61,600 nt of DNA. It comes from Acidobacteriota bacterium (GTDB taxonomy: Bacteria > Acidobacteriota > UBA6911). Position 1 is the stretch's first letter; every line of letters starts with the position of its first letter. Shown here one piece after another: positions 48,796-59,583 of the stretch. The notes beneath the pieces are model-generated. The model worked only from the letters and a program-made list of their open reading frames with translations. It was not told where the DNA came from and did no database searches. The position numbers and the translations under genes are program-made. Location of the stretch: assembly GCA_016934295.1 (NCBI GenBank), contig JAFGTD010000011.1, forward strand, positions 1 to 61,600, written 5' to 3'.

Positions 48796-49749
48796 TTATA
48801 ATTTTTCCAATGCCCGCAGCCTGGCGCTTCGAGCGCGCGGATTAACGGCAAGTTCCTCGCGCTTCGGCGTTATGGGACGTGTATGCGTAAGACGACCCAC
48901 CGCCTGCCTGGGGCACCTGCACAGTTCCGGCGGCGCTTCACACACACACTGCCCGGCCAGTTTGCGAAGGGTTTTCTTTATTATCCTGTCTTCCAGAGAA
49001 TGAAACGCGATTGTTACAATTCGTCCGCCCGGTTTTAGAAATCCGGTTGCTTCAATAAGGAATTTTTCCAACCCCTCGAGTTCTTCATTAACCGCGATCC
49101 GCAATGCCTGAAACGTCCGGGTCGCAGGATGTATTGTCTGGCGCCCCCGGCCCTTAATGGTGCGGCTGATGATTTCCGAAAGCTGCGAACAGCGCGCAAT
49201 GGGCCCTTTGCTTCTTTCGCGGACGATAGCCGCGGCAATGCGGCGCGAAAGCTTTTCTTCTCCATACCGGTAGATCAGGTTCGCCAGTTCACTTTCGGGG
49301 GTGTTGTTGACAATATCGGCCGCGGTCCATCTTTGACTCCTGTCCATACGCATATCCAGATTGACATCCGAGTGAATGCTGAAGCCCCGTTCTGAAGAAA
49401 GCAGCTGATAGGATGAAACCCCCAGGTCCACCAGGATCCCGTCGACAGGCCCCACGTCCAGATTGTTCAGAATCAGCGGCAAATTTTTATAGTTGTCGTG
49501 TACCAGTCGTATGCTGTGGGCGAAAGGTTTCAGTCGCTCGTTGGCTTTATCGAGCGATTCTTTGTCCCGATCGATCCCGATCAACAGACCTTCGGGCAGG
49601 ATCTTCTGCAGAATGGTGTGTGCATGTCCCCCCAATCCAACCGTTCCGTCGACATAAATCCCCCCGGGTTTGCACTGGAGGGATTCAATCGCCTCTTCCA
49701 ACATGACCGGAAGGTGCTCAAAATCTGGATTTCTAGAGAAATCTGTCAT
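48796..49749 (-). CDS. rsmH: 16S rRNA m4C1402 methyltransferase
   Basis: HLPVMLEE, DGTVGLGGH, DLGVSSYQL, FHSLEDRIIK, NPRARSARLR; alternative start at 49773. Confidence 0.97.
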   Translation of the reverse strand: MTDFSRNPDFEHLPVMLEEAIESLQCKPGGIYVDGTVGLGGHAHTILQKILPEGLLIGIDRDKESLDKANERLKPFAHSIRLVHDNYKNLPLILNNLDVGPVDGILVDLGVSSYQLLSSERGFSIHSDVNLDMRMDRSQRWTAADIVNNTPESELANLIYRYGEEKLSRRIAAAIVRERSKGPIARCSQLSEIISRTIKGRGRQTIHPATRTFQALRIAVNEELEGLEKFLIEATGFLKPGGRIVTIAFHSLEDRIIKKTLRKLAGQCVCEAPPELCRCPRQAVGRLTHTRPITPKREELAVNPRARSARLRALEKL

Positions 49750-49879
49750 ATTTTTTCGGGCTGTTGCTCTCACGGGTCCCCGGTTTCTCGATCTATGTTG
49801 TGTATGTAATATTCAGCCGAAGTGTTCGTTCCGGCGTCTGTCCTGTAATCCGAACGCCTCATGTTCCGGCTTCCTTTTT

Positions 49880-50320
49880 TTAAAATCCCTGATCCGCCAG
49901 TTTTTCACGTTCCTCAGTGGTAAGAGGATTTTCCATAAGGCTTTTCCTAAATACTTCGTTATTCCAGACCTCAAGGTGGTCTGTTTTTCCAATGACAATC
50001 ACATCCCCGGAAATCCGGGCATCATCGCGGAGCGATTGCGGCATCAGGATCCTTCCCTGGGGATCCATCTGAGTCAGAAGCCCGTAGTAGCTCGTGAATC
50101 GCTGCAGTTTTAGTTTGGCAGGATCCATTCGCGGAGGTTCTTGAAGCTTCCGGGCGATTCGCTCCCATATGGAAAGCGGATATATCTGCGCGCATTGCCC
50201 GTCGTCACTTGTTACGTAGTAAGTGTTGTCATCCGTGTCGGGCATGTCGCGACGGAATTTGGCGGGCAGTCTTAGCCTAGATTTTTCGTCGATCTTGGCT
50301 GAGTAACTTCCCAATAGCAT
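49880..50320 (-). CDS. mraZ: Transcriptional regulator MraZ
   Basis: IDEKSRLRLP, MDPQGRILMP and DHLEVW; first gene of the dcw cluster. Confidence 0.95.
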   Translation of the reverse strand: MLLGSYSAKIDEKSRLRLPAKFRRDMPDTDDNTYYVTSDDGQCAQIYPLSIWERIARKLQEPPRMDPAKLKLQRFTSYYGLLTQMDPQGRILMPQSLRDDARISGDVIVIGKTDHLEVWNNEVFRKSLMENPLTTEEREKLADQGF

Positions 50321-50400
50321 ATCAATCCTGATTTTTTTCAGATATCCTGCTTATGATTTATCATTATATTAGAGGGAAGTGGGTTCTTTGGTTCTGGTGA

Positions 50401-50457
50401 ACCACATTAGACCACTTCTGACCACTCGAAAATAAGTCTTTTATTTCTTTATGTCAA
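50401..50457 (-). promoter_or_regulatory. dcw promoter with three MraZ-binding repeats
   Basis: On the - strand: TTGACA (50457-50452), 17-nt spacer, TATTTT (50434-50429), then GTGGT x3 at exact 10-nt spacing (ACCAC on + at 50401, 50411, 50421). Confidence 0.8.
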
Positions 50458-50769
50458 GAAAATTAGTGCAAGTATTTAAATTCAAAAAAATCCGATAAAA
50501 ATCCGATAAAAATGTGAAAAATGTGAGTCAGGCCTTCGTCGGTGGTTTTGCCTGTTTCATGGCAGAGTAAGTTCCATAAATTCCCGGACGCGGAGACGCT
50601 GTTGGAGAGAAAGAGAAAGAGACTAATAATGTTGCGGATGTCAATCCCGGCATTTAAATAATTGCATTTTTATTGCAACATTATTTGTGCTTCCGTGTGG
50701 AATATTTAGAGAAATACGGGTTATGTCAACGTGTGGTAACATACGAAACTTTGTTTTTGAGGACTGCAT

Positions 50770-51879
50770 ATGAAGATCGGAATCGTCGGGTTGCCGCAAG
50801 TAGGTAAAACCATAATATTTAAGCTGCTGACACAGGGGCGGGTGGATACGTCTTCGTGGGGGAATGTGAGAGAAGCTCATATCGGTGTCGCCCAGGTGCC
50901 CGATGCGCGTCTGGATCGGCTGGCGGAAATCGTGAATCCGAAAAAGACCACATATGCAAGTATCGAATATGTCGATCTGCCCGGTATATCCCGTGGAGAA
51001 GGAAAAGCCGCACTGGAAGGCCGGAGCCGGGATATGGGCACTTATCTGAACAGTTTAAAGAATGTCGATACGCTTCTGCATATTGTACGCGGTTTCGACG
51101 ATCCCGATATTCCCCATGTAGAAGGATCCGTTGATCCTGTCCGCGATATAGAACTTTTTGAGATCGAGATGATTTTCTCCGATCTTGCTATTGTCGAAAA
51201 AAGGCTGGAACGGCTGTCCAAGGACCTGAAAAAAATCAAGTCCCGGGAACTGGAGATGGAAAATGAAGTGCTTCTGCGCTTCAAAAAAGCCCTGGAATCG
51301 GAGCAGCCGTTGCGGGAGCTGCAATGGACTCCCGATGAAGAAAAACGTATTAAGGGTTTCACTTTTCTTTCGGCAAAGCCGGTGCTTCAGGTCATAAATG
51401 TCGCGGATCAGGATGCCGTTAAAATAGATCATGTCGTGGAAGAGTATGGTTTGCAAAAACAGGCGGCGATGTGCAATGTCGGGATTACGGCTGTTTGCGG
51501 CAAGATTGAATCGGAAATAGCCGCCCTTCAGCCCGATGATGCGGCAATGTTCATGGAGGATCTCGGGCTCGAAGGGAGCGCGCTCGACCGTATTATTCAG
51601 AGTTCCTACGATCTCCTGGGAGTTTTTTCTTTTTATACGGCCGGGGAGCCTGAAGTGCGGGCCTGGACGATTCCCCGAGGGACGACTGCCGCAAAAGCGG
51701 CAGGGGTCATTCACACGGATTTCGAGAAAGGTTTTATCAAAGCGGAGGTTGTTGCATTTCAGGATATGATGGAACTGGGTTCGTTCCAGGCGGCAAGGTC
51801 CAGGGGAGTGTTGCGTCTTGAAGGCAGGGAATATGTGGTACAGGAAGGGGACGTAATCCTTTTTCGATTCAATCTTTGA
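50770..51879 (+). CDS. ychF: Ribosome-binding ATPase YchF
   Basis: GIVGLPQVGKT, VPDARLDRL, AAGVIHTDFEKGFIKAEV and YVVQEGDVILFRFN. Confidence 0.95.
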   Translation: MKIGIVGLPQVGKTIIFKLLTQGRVDTSSWGNVREAHIGVAQVPDARLDRLAEIVNPKKTTYASIEYVDLPGISRGEGKAALEGRSRDMGTYLNSLKNVDTLLHIVRGFDDPDIPHVEGSVDPVRDIELFEIEMIFSDLAIVEKRLERLSKDLKKIKSRELEMENEVLLRFKKALESEQPLRELQWTPDEEKRIKGFTFLSAKPVLQVINVADQDAVKIDHVVEEYGLQKQAAMCNVGITAVCGKIESEIAALQPDDAAMFMEDLGLEGSALDRIIQSSYDLLGVFSFYTAGEPEVRAWTIPRGTTAAKAAGVIHTDFEKGFIKAEVVAFQDMMELGSFQAARSRGVLRLEGREYVVQEGDVILFRFNL

Positions 51880-51897
51880 TTTAAGTCACGGGGAAGC

Positions 51898-54729
51898 ATG
51901 GACGGGACCGGTGGATTTTTCAGATGGGTGTTTAAGACGGTGTGCCCCCAATGTGTCCGTCGGTGCCGATCCCTGTTGGCGTTCTTCGGAATTATCGGTG
52001 TGCTGTCCCTTTCGCCGGCGGTCGGAGAATCACTGCAGCAAGACAATTCGGATGAATCCCTTTTCAGTAGTACTGTCCGCAGTATCGAATATTCTGCCGA
52101 TTTCCATTTTGACCGTTCCCATTATGATCCGTACATCGGGATTCAACCGGGGGACCGGCTGACGCGCACCGCGCTGAAAAGATCGATTCAATCCCTTTAT
52201 GACAGCGGCCGCTTTTCTTCGATCGTCGTCCAGGCCCTTCCAGGGGAGGACGGCACATGCCTCCGCTTTGAACTAAAACAGAATTATTATTTCAATGAAT
52301 TTTCGCTTGAAGGGGACGCGGACCTGAAGGGCCGATCTTTATGGGAATGGGTGCCCCTGCCTGTCGGGAAGCGCTATACGGAAGAAAGCCTGGAGGAAGC
52401 CCGACAGGCCGTTCAGAATTTTATACAGGAGAGGGGGTATTATCTCGCAGAAATTCGTGCCGTAACCTTGTGGAATGAAACGAACCGTCAGGTGAATGTT
52501 GTTTTCGAAGTGCAACCCGGAGAGCTTGCCGTTATAGGCTCGATCGATATCCTGGGCGTGCCGGACAGGGATTATTCGAAGTTGTCGGACAAGTTCGGAT
52601 ATAAAAAGGGAAAGGAATACGATCGGAGTCGACTGGCCGATCGCAGGGAAAATCTCCGGAAGCATTTCACGAAAGAGGGCTACCTGGCAGCGGAGGCGGA
52701 AGTTACCGAGTCATTCAATCCCGAAACAGGCAGTGTAGCCCTGACGCTGAAGGTATCCAACTACGGGAAAGTACGGGTTGTCGTAGACGGTTATAAAATC
52801 GACAAGAATCAGCTGCGCCGCCTGCTTCCTGTCCTGACCGGGGAAGGAGTACGCGAAGAGATCCTGGATGAAGGGGCGGACAATCTGAAGGAATTCCTTG
52901 AAAACAGGGGGCACTCGGAAGCGGAAGTTGCCATTTCCGAAGAGGAGGAAGAAGGGGTTCGTGTCTTGCGCTACAGGATCGTTCCGGGACGTAAATTTAA
53001 GGTGGAATACGTCCGGTTTCAGGGTAACAAAGTAATTTCCGACAAGGAATTGTTCGAATCGGTCGAAGTACGGCCTTCCTCATTACTGAATAATTCGACA
53101 TACAGCGTAACGCGTCTGGATGACGACGTGGCTGCATTGAAGGCGCTGTATGAATCCAGGGGCTATCTCGAAGCCGACATTATTCCTCTTATCGAACCGC
53201 TTGAAGATGAAAGTGACCTGGGCATTAAATACCAGTGCACTGAAGGCCCGCTTTCGACAACGGGTTCCGTCAGTTTCGAAGGGAATACCGCGTTTGCAAC
53301 TGAAGAACTGCTTTCCAGAATCATCCTGTCTCCCGGCAAGGCCTATTCGCCGATCCTGGCCGAAAGAGACCGGCAAGCCCTTCTGGCTGCCTATAATGAT
53401 GTCGGGTATCTCCAGGTACGGGGCACCGTCCGTGCGGAGAAGGTCGGTGAAGAAAATTCCTATCATGTAGGATTTCAGATCGAGGAAGGAACGCAGTTTT
53501 TCGTGGATCGTATCATCATCCTCGGCAACGACCACACCCGCGGGTCTGTCATAGAAAAACATATTAAGTTGAAGCCCGGAGATCCACTCAGCCTCGGAAA
53601 ACTGCTCCAGACACAGCAGGCTCTTTACAGGATCGGGATTTTCGACCAGGTTCGGGTAGTCCAGCAGAATCCGGAAAGCACGAATCCATACCATAATGTT
53701 GTTGTTCGTTTACGGGAATCCAAGCGGTTTACGATTCGATACGGAATCGGGTATCAGGAGCGGGAAAAACTTCGGGGGACGCTGGAGTTCTCCGATATCA
53801 ATATTCTGGGAATGGCTCGACGGGCGGATATCCGCCTCAGGGGCAGCAGCATCGAACAGTATGTGACCTTCAACCTGCAGCAGACCCAATATCGCCCGTT
53901 GCCGGTCGATACCTACGTCTCTCTCTCAGCCAGCTACCGCCAGGAGGTAAGTTTTGATATCAGGCGCCTTGGAGCGACCTATCAGTTCAGCCACCCGCTC
54001 AGCAACCACAGCTGGGGTTTGTTGCGGTACAACTTTCAGAACGTGCGTTCGTTCAATTTGCAGATTTCCGATCCAGAATTTGAGAGGGAGGACACTCCGC
54101 GCAATCTCTCCACCTTTTCCGTTCTTTATGTCAACGATTCCCGCGATAACTATCTGGATCCGTCGGAAGGTTTTTTTACTTCGACCGACTTCAGTATCAC
54201 TCCCAAGCCGCTGGGAGATAACTCCTATATTTCTTTCTTCACACAGAACAATTACTACGGGAAGTTACCAAAATCTCTAATGACGGCGGCCTCTCTGCGC
54301 ATCGGATTAATACAACCTTACAACAACTCAAGCGTTCCCATCAGCGAACGTTTCTTTGCCGGCGGCTCGTCGAGTCTGAGGGGATTTGAAACCGATTATG
54401 CCGGCCCTCTGGATCCTGTCACCTTCAAGCCTACAGGCGGAAACGCACTGGTTATCGGTTCGGTGGAACTGCGCAGGCCGATCCTCTCGTTTATCCATAT
54501 TGCCGGATTTTATGATACGGGAAACGTTTTCTCGACAATAAGGGATATCAGTTTTTCAGGATTCAGTCATAGTATAGGTGCGGGACTTCGGTTTAAAACA
54601 CCTTTGGGCCCGCTGCGTATTGACTATGGTTATAATTTGAACCTGCCTCCGGAATTGCGAAATCCCGAGCCGCCGCGTGAGGGTCTGGACCGGGGGTACC
54701 TGTTTATAACGGTTGGACCTCCTTTCTAA
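51898..54729 (+). CDS. Omp85 family (TamA/BamA-like) outer-membrane protein with multiple POTRA domains
   Basis: Repeated POTRA motifs (ERGYYLAEI, KEGYLAAEA, YESRGYLEADI, YNDVGYLQV), ERFFAGGSSSLRGF, TPLGPLRIDYG and terminal F. Confidence 0.9.
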   Translation: MDGTGGFFRWVFKTVCPQCVRRCRSLLAFFGIIGVLSLSPAVGESLQQDNSDESLFSSTVRSIEYSADFHFDRSHYDPYIGIQPGDRLTRTALKRSIQSLYDSGRFSSIVVQALPGEDGTCLRFELKQNYYFNEFSLEGDADLKGRSLWEWVPLPVGKRYTEESLEEARQAVQNFIQERGYYLAEIRAVTLWNETNRQVNVVFEVQPGELAVIGSIDILGVPDRDYSKLSDKFGYKKGKEYDRSRLADRRENLRKHFTKEGYLAAEAEVTESFNPETGSVALTLKVSNYGKVRVVVDGYKIDKNQLRRLLPVLTGEGVREEILDEGADNLKEFLENRGHSEAEVAISEEEEEGVRVLRYRIVPGRKFKVEYVRFQGNKVISDKELFESVEVRPSSLLNNSTYSVTRLDDDVAALKALYESRGYLEADIIPLIEPLEDESDLGIKYQCTEGPLSTTGSVSFEGNTAFATEELLSRIILSPGKAYSPILAERDRQALLAAYNDVGYLQVRGTVRAEKVGEENSYHVGFQIEEGTQFFVDRIIILGNDHTRGSVIEKHIKLKPGDPLSLGKLLQTQQALYRIGIFDQVRVVQQNPESTNPYHNVVVRLRESKRFTIRYGIGYQEREKLRGTLEFSDINILGMARRADIRLRGSSIEQYVTFNLQQTQYRPLPVDTYVSLSASYRQEVSFDIRRLGATYQFSHPLSNHSWGLLRYNFQNVRSFNLQISDPEFEREDTPRNLSTFSVLYVNDSRDNYLDPSEGFFTSTDFSITPKPLGDNSYISFFTQNNYYGKLPKSLMTAASLRIGLIQPYNNSSVPISERFFAGGSSSLRGFETDYAGPLDPVTFKPTGGNALVIGSVELRRPILSFIHIAGFYDTGNVFSTIRDISFSGFSHSIGAGLRFKTPLGPLRIDYGYNLNLPPELRNPEPPREGLDRGYLFITVGPPF

Positions 54730-54732
54730 GCT

Positions 54733-55497
54733 ATGAACATATTTGGGCGAAAACGTGTAAAAACTTCAGCGATGGATCGGAACTGTATTTTCCCGGGATG
54801 GCGGGCTGTATGGATTGGGTTGATTGGCCTGATTCTCTGTGCTTCAAACCTGTCGGGTAGTGAAGTCGATCGTCTGCTGGTCGTTGTGAACGGCACGGTA
54901 ATCACAGAGGGGGATCTTTACATTGCACGCAGTCTCAATCCCCTGGTTCTTAACGGAGAAAATGTCGATCCTGTTTCACGCAATGCGGAAATAGACAGTC
55001 TTATTGACCTTGAGCTGATACGGCAGGAACTGGAGAATTTCAGCCTGGCTTCCGGTGATGAAAGCGTTTTGGATGCCAGAGTGGTGCGGTTGCGGAATCG
55101 TTTGGAAGAAAAGGGCGGTCTTGACCGGCTGCTGGAACGCCTCGGCCTCCGGGATTCTGAACTGAATTCCTATCTAAAGTTTCAAATTTCAATTCTGGAT
55201 TTTATCGATTACCGATTCAGTCCATTTGCCGGTGTTTCGGAAGCTGAAATTGAAGCTTATTATAAAGATACCTACGGTCCGCAGCTCCGGGAGTCGGGGC
55301 TAGAATTGCCTCCACTGGTCCAGGTTTCAGGTAAGATTGAAGAGATATTGAAAGCGGAAAAGATAAATGAAGCTCTCGATCAATGGCTTCTGGATGCCCG
55401 GCGTAATGCGCAAATTGAATACTTCGATGAGGACGTACCGGCAAACGGGGAATTTGAACATTCCCGGGAGCGTTTCAAATCCGGAGCAACGGAGTAA
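54733..55497 (+). CDS. SurA N-terminal-domain-like periplasmic chaperone (no evident PPIase domain)
   Basis: Signal-like segment, VDRLLVVVNGTVITEGDL, LIDLELIRQE and WLLDARRNAQI. Confidence 0.7.
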   Translation: MNIFGRKRVKTSAMDRNCIFPGWRAVWIGLIGLILCASNLSGSEVDRLLVVVNGTVITEGDLYIARSLNPLVLNGENVDPVSRNAEIDSLIDLELIRQELENFSLASGDESVLDARVVRLRNRLEEKGGLDRLLERLGLRDSELNSYLKFQISILDFIDYRFSPFAGVSEAEIEAYYKDTYGPQLRESGLELPPLVQVSGKIEEILKAEKINEALDQWLLDARRNAQIEYFDEDVPANGEFEHSRERFKSGATE

Positions 55498-55503
55498 ATT
55501 TTC

Positions 55504-58500
55504 GTGAAAGCACGAACGAAATTCCTGATTGCCGCTTTTTTGCTGTTCCTGCTGCTGACGGCATCCGGTCTGTGGTATCTACAGACCGACAGCCTCCAGG
55601 AATTGATCCGAACGAATCTCGTTTCGCAGATTGAAAGGAACAGCGGTCTGGATTGCCGGATCGACGGCCTCGAACTCGATATTTACAGGGGAAATATTCG
55701 GATAAACGGCATAGCCCTCGAAGCAAGAAATAAACAGTCCGGCCTGGATGCGCTTAAAATCGATGAAATCCGGGCGAAGTTCAGCCTCTCTTCTTTCTGG
55801 CATTTCCGCCTCCGTCTTGGGGAACTGCACATCGTACGTCCGACAGTGGAGCTTAGAACCGGCGGCAAGGGAGGGGGCTGGAACCCCAATGATTTATTGA
55901 AGACGCTGAGCGTTTCATTGAGTCTGGAGACGGAAAAATTAACCGTCCAGGAAGGTCTTTTTAAGATTAATGAAAGCAGCGCTCCTTTCAACGTATCTTT
56001 GAATGACCTGGAATGTCGGATCGGTTACAGCAGGGCTCGGCCCAGTTACCGGATTGAGCTTGCCTATAAGCAGAGCCGTTTCTTCTACAAGGAGCGGGAT
56101 ATCATCCATGACCTCAAACTGACCGCGGATCTTTCGATAGAGGGTGTCGATATCGAAAATATTGAATTCCGTCACGGCGATAGCCTGCTCTTCGGAACGG
56201 GTTCCGTTAAAAACTGGGATTCTCCGGAGCTTCTTTTGCATATGACGGGAACCGTCAGATCCAGAGATATGATACTGGCGGATTCGTCCCTGACTGAGGG
56301 ATGGGGCGGTATCGATGTCGAAACAGACTTCCGTTACAGCAGCGAGGGTATACGTCTGAAGGGGACATTTTTTCTCGACAGAGGCACCTATCGGAAAATG
56401 ACCTATGCCGGCGTCACCGGCGCCTATGAAATTTCAGGGGATGTTCTCTATCTGCAGAAGGTGTCCGGGACTATTGCACGAGGGGATTTTTTCCTGAACG
56501 GGGAAATCCCCTTACGGGATGCGATCGAACGCCCCAACCGTGTGACGATAGAGTCCACCAAAGTACCTTTGTATGAGATAGGGGGACTGCTTAATTTCCC
56601 GTCCATTAATTTCAGAAATAGGGTAGATGCAAAAACGGTTCTGACCTGGGGACACGGCCGGGGAACGACGGTCGATTGCGACGCGGTACTTTTCGGGGCA
56701 AATGAGACCGTTGCTGAAGGACTCATAGGAACCCGGCTCGGCGGGAAAGTGCAGTTTACATATCGGGAAGACGGCGGGATCCTCCTTTCTTCCCTGGATC
56801 TCAAATCCTCAAATACGCATGTCCGTGCTGATGGGGGAAAAAATGCACTGTTCCATGTCCGGCTGTCCACGAGCCGGTTTTCCGAACCGCTTGATTTGAT
56901 CGCCCATTTTTCCGACCCGGTGTCTGGTCTGATCGAGAAGTACTCCGATCTTAGGGCAATCGGAGGCGTCTACGATTTCGAGGGCGATGTGTGGATTCAT
57001 TCCGCTTCCGATATCGGTTATGAAGGAAGCGTGTCCGTAAAAGAGGGGCGTTGGCGCACCCTGGGAGTCGATTCCATGGAGGCCGCCGTTCACCTTGCGG
57101 GATCGCGTTTGGATTTCACAAACCTCTCCCTCCGCAGCGGATTACAGTCGGTTCAGGGAAAACTGTTGCTCGATTTCGCCGATGAAGAAAATATTTCCGT
57201 ATTCGGATTCGAGGGTAATTTCCAGAAAATCAATCTGTCGCCTCTTAAAAATCTGGGTTTTACCGCGCTGGATATGGAGGGTGTGCTCAACGGCAGCGGT
57301 CGGATTCGATACGAACAATCCGCGTGGAGCGGTGACGGTCGTTTGGCGATCGAAAATGGAAATTTCAATGGCGAATCCTTTGACCGGATTATCACCGGTG
57401 TAGAGGTTGAAAACCGGCGGGTGTATTTGACAAATGCGGAAGTCTGGCGGGGAGAAGTCGAGGCGCGCGCCGAAGGGGAAGTCGACCTGGAGACACGGTC
57501 GCTGGATCTCAAGGGTAGCTTGCACCGCCTGCCTCTGAATGATATCCCGCTGCTCCGGGAGAAAAATATACCGATCCGGGGATACGCCGATGCATCGGGA
57601 ACGATAAGCGGAACGTTGGAGAATCCGTCTTTCTACGGGACGTTCGCGCTACGGAGCCTGCATTACGACCGTTGGGATCTCGGCCGTGGCGAAGGGGAAC
57701 TGGAACTGGGACAGGATTCTGTCCGTGGTGCCGTGAGAATTCATTCCGATTTCGGAGATTTTTCCATCCAGTCGCGGGTGTCTTTTGCTGCAGGATTTCC
57801 GGGTACGATTGCGATGGATTTTGATAATTTGAATATTCGCAAGATCGTCTCCGATAAGGCGCCCCCTTATTTGAAGCTCGCCAATACCGAGCTCGAGGGG
57901 AATATTGCCGGAGAAGGAAACTTCGACGACTGGGCCGGAATGAAATTGCACGGCGAGGTGGACGGCGCAAGATTCAAGATTCAGGATTACGAACTGCATA
58001 ATTCCGAAGAGATCCTGTTTTCTATAGCAAATAAGATATTACATATAGAAAATGCCAGGGTCCGGGGCGTCGGAACGGATCTGTTTTTAAGCGGTTCGCT
58101 TCCTCTGGACGACGGCCCGGGCTTGAATATGGACCTCAATGGCAGCATCAACCTGGACATACTGGCGGGGATAGGGGAAGAACTGGATACGTCCGGGAAT
58201 GCGATCGTTAATATCAAGGCGGGCGGATCCAGGCAGGATCCCCAGGTTATCGGTAGCGTTCGTCTGTTGGACGCCTGGCTGGATTACAGGGATATCCCGT
58301 TCCCCGTATCCGATATACAGGGGGAGATAGTTTTATCCACCAATATCGTAAGATTCGAGAATATACGAGGGAACGCGGCATCGGGATCGCTTCAATTGTC
58401 CGGCACTTACGAGCACCGGGATATGAGGATGCGTTCCTTGAATCTGGGCATAGGAATACGGAACGCCCGCTTGCCCTACCCGAAAGGTTTCCGTACGGTT

Positions 58501-59400
58501 GTCGATGCGGACCTGCGATTAAGCGGCGACAACGATCTTCAGATCCTCTCCGGAGAAATCGATGTCATACGCGCGGAATATGTCCGCGACTTCAATCTGC
58601 TTGGAGGCCTCACCGGCGGTCTCGGAGCGCAAGCGGGCATTTTGGAGGGGATGCCGTATCTGCAGAACCTGCGGTTGAACGTCGATATCCGGTCGAATGA
58701 CGGGCTGGTTATCGATAACGAACTGACAAGAGTGCGCGGAAGCCTTCGGCTGACGCTGCGTGGAACGCCTGCCTATCCCTCCCTGACCGGACGGGTAGAA
58801 TCCGGGGAAGGAACCATTTTCTTTCGCGGCAACCGGTTTGAAATTTCCCATGCCTATGCCGATTTTGTAGACCGGAACCGGATCAATCCCGTGCTGGAGA
58901 TCCGGGCGGAGGCGGATGTAAAAACCTATCGATTGATTCTGGACGCTACAGGAACCCTGGATAATCTGGCCCTGAATATAACTTCGGATCCGCCGATGTC
59001 TACCGTCGATATTCTTTCGCTGCTCACTACAGGAATGGCTGAAACGGGGAGTGTGACGACTGAACGCGAGACGCAGATGGCCGGCATGAGCGCGGCAAGC
59101 GTTCTGTCGGAGAACCTGACCGGCGCGATCGGCAAGAGGGTCCAGCGTATTTTCGGGTTGGAGAGCTTCCGGGTGGATCCTTTCCTGGCCGGGGCGAAGA
59201 ACGATCCGACCGCCCGCATTACGGTCAGCGAGCGCATTTCCAGGGACCTTATCGTTACATATTCCCGAAACCTTTCAACGGACGAGGAGCAGATTATCGT
59301 CCTGGAATACGAAGTTGGAAAAGGTCTGACCGTTATCGCAACCCGCGACGAGGACGGCGAATTGGGCCTGGATTTCCGGTTTAGAAAAAGGTTTCGGTAA
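55504..59400 (+). CDS. Translocation/assembly module TamB-like protein
   Basis: N-terminal TM anchor, AsmA-like Gly-rich repeats, DUF490 end (TSDPPMSTVDILSLLTTG, GLDFRFRKRF). Confidence 0.9.
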   Translation: MKARTKFLIAAFLLFLLLTASGLWYLQTDSLQELIRTNLVSQIERNSGLDCRIDGLELDIYRGNIRINGIALEARNKQSGLDALKIDEIRAKFSLSSFWHFRLRLGELHIVRPTVELRTGGKGGGWNPNDLLKTLSVSLSLETEKLTVQEGLFKINESSAPFNVSLNDLECRIGYSRARPSYRIELAYKQSRFFYKERDIIHDLKLTADLSIEGVDIENIEFRHGDSLLFGTGSVKNWDSPELLLHMTGTVRSRDMILADSSLTEGWGGIDVETDFRYSSEGIRLKGTFFLDRGTYRKMTYAGVTGAYEISGDVLYLQKVSGTIARGDFFLNGEIPLRDAIERPNRVTIESTKVPLYEIGGLLNFPSINFRNRVDAKTVLTWGHGRGTTVDCDAVLFGANETVAEGLIGTRLGGKVQFTYREDGGILLSSLDLKSSNTHVRADGGKNALFHVRLSTSRFSEPLDLIAHFSDPVSGLIEKYSDLRAIGGVYDFEGDVWIHSASDIGYEGSVSVKEGRWRTLGVDSMEAAVHLAGSRLDFTNLSLRSGLQSVQGKLLLDFADEENISVFGFEGNFQKINLSPLKNLGFTALDMEGVLNGSGRIRYEQSAWSGDGRLAIENGNFNGESFDRIITGVEVENRRVYLTNAEVWRGEVEARAEGEVDLETRSLDLKGSLHRLPLNDIPLLREKNIPIRGYADASGTISGTLENPSFYGTFALRSLHYDRWDLGRGEGELELGQDSVRGAVRIHSDFGDFSIQSRVSFAAGFPGTIAMDFDNLNIRKIVSDKAPPYLKLANTELEGNIAGEGNFDDWAGMKLHGEVDGARFKIQDYELHNSEEILFSIANKILHIENARVRGVGTDLFLSGSLPLDDGPGLNMDLNGSINLDILAGIGEELDTSGNAIVNIKAGGSRQDPQVIGSVRLLDAWLDYRDIPFPVSDIQGEIVLSTNIVRFENIRGNAASGSLQLSGTYEHRDMRMRSLNLGIGIRNARLPYPKGFRTVVDADLRLSGDNDLQILSGEIDVIRAEYVRDFNLLGGLTGGLGAQAGILEGMPYLQNLRLNVDIRSNDGLVIDNELTRVRGSLRLTLRGTPAYPSLTGRVESGEGTIFFRGNRFEISHAYADFVDRNRINPVLEIRAEADVKTYRLILDATGTLDNLALNITSDPPMSTVDILSLLTTGMAETGSVTTERETQMAGMSAASVLSENLTGAIGKRVQRIFGLESFRVDPFLAGAKNDPTARITVSERISRDLIVTYSRNLSTDEEQIIVLEYEVGKGLTVIATRDEDGELGLDFRFRKRFR

Positions 59401-59414
59401 ATTCGTTCAGATCT

Positions 59415-59490
59415 TTAATGCTAAGACGCGAAGACGCAAAGAAAATATAATAAATCTCTGCGTCCTGGCTTCTCTGTGACTTTGCGTTAA
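59415..59490. repeat. Degenerate ACGCAAAG / CTTTGCGT inverted repeat
   Basis: TTAATGCTAAGACGCGAAGACGCAAAGA ... TCTCTGCGTC..CTTTGCGTTAA. Confidence 0.5.
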
Positions 59491-59583
59491 TTTTAAAACT
59501 CGATTGAAGGGATCACCGGTCAGAAGTCAGCCCGGCCTCCGGTTGGTACCGGATTAAACAATCTGTGACTCCGGGTAAGTTTT

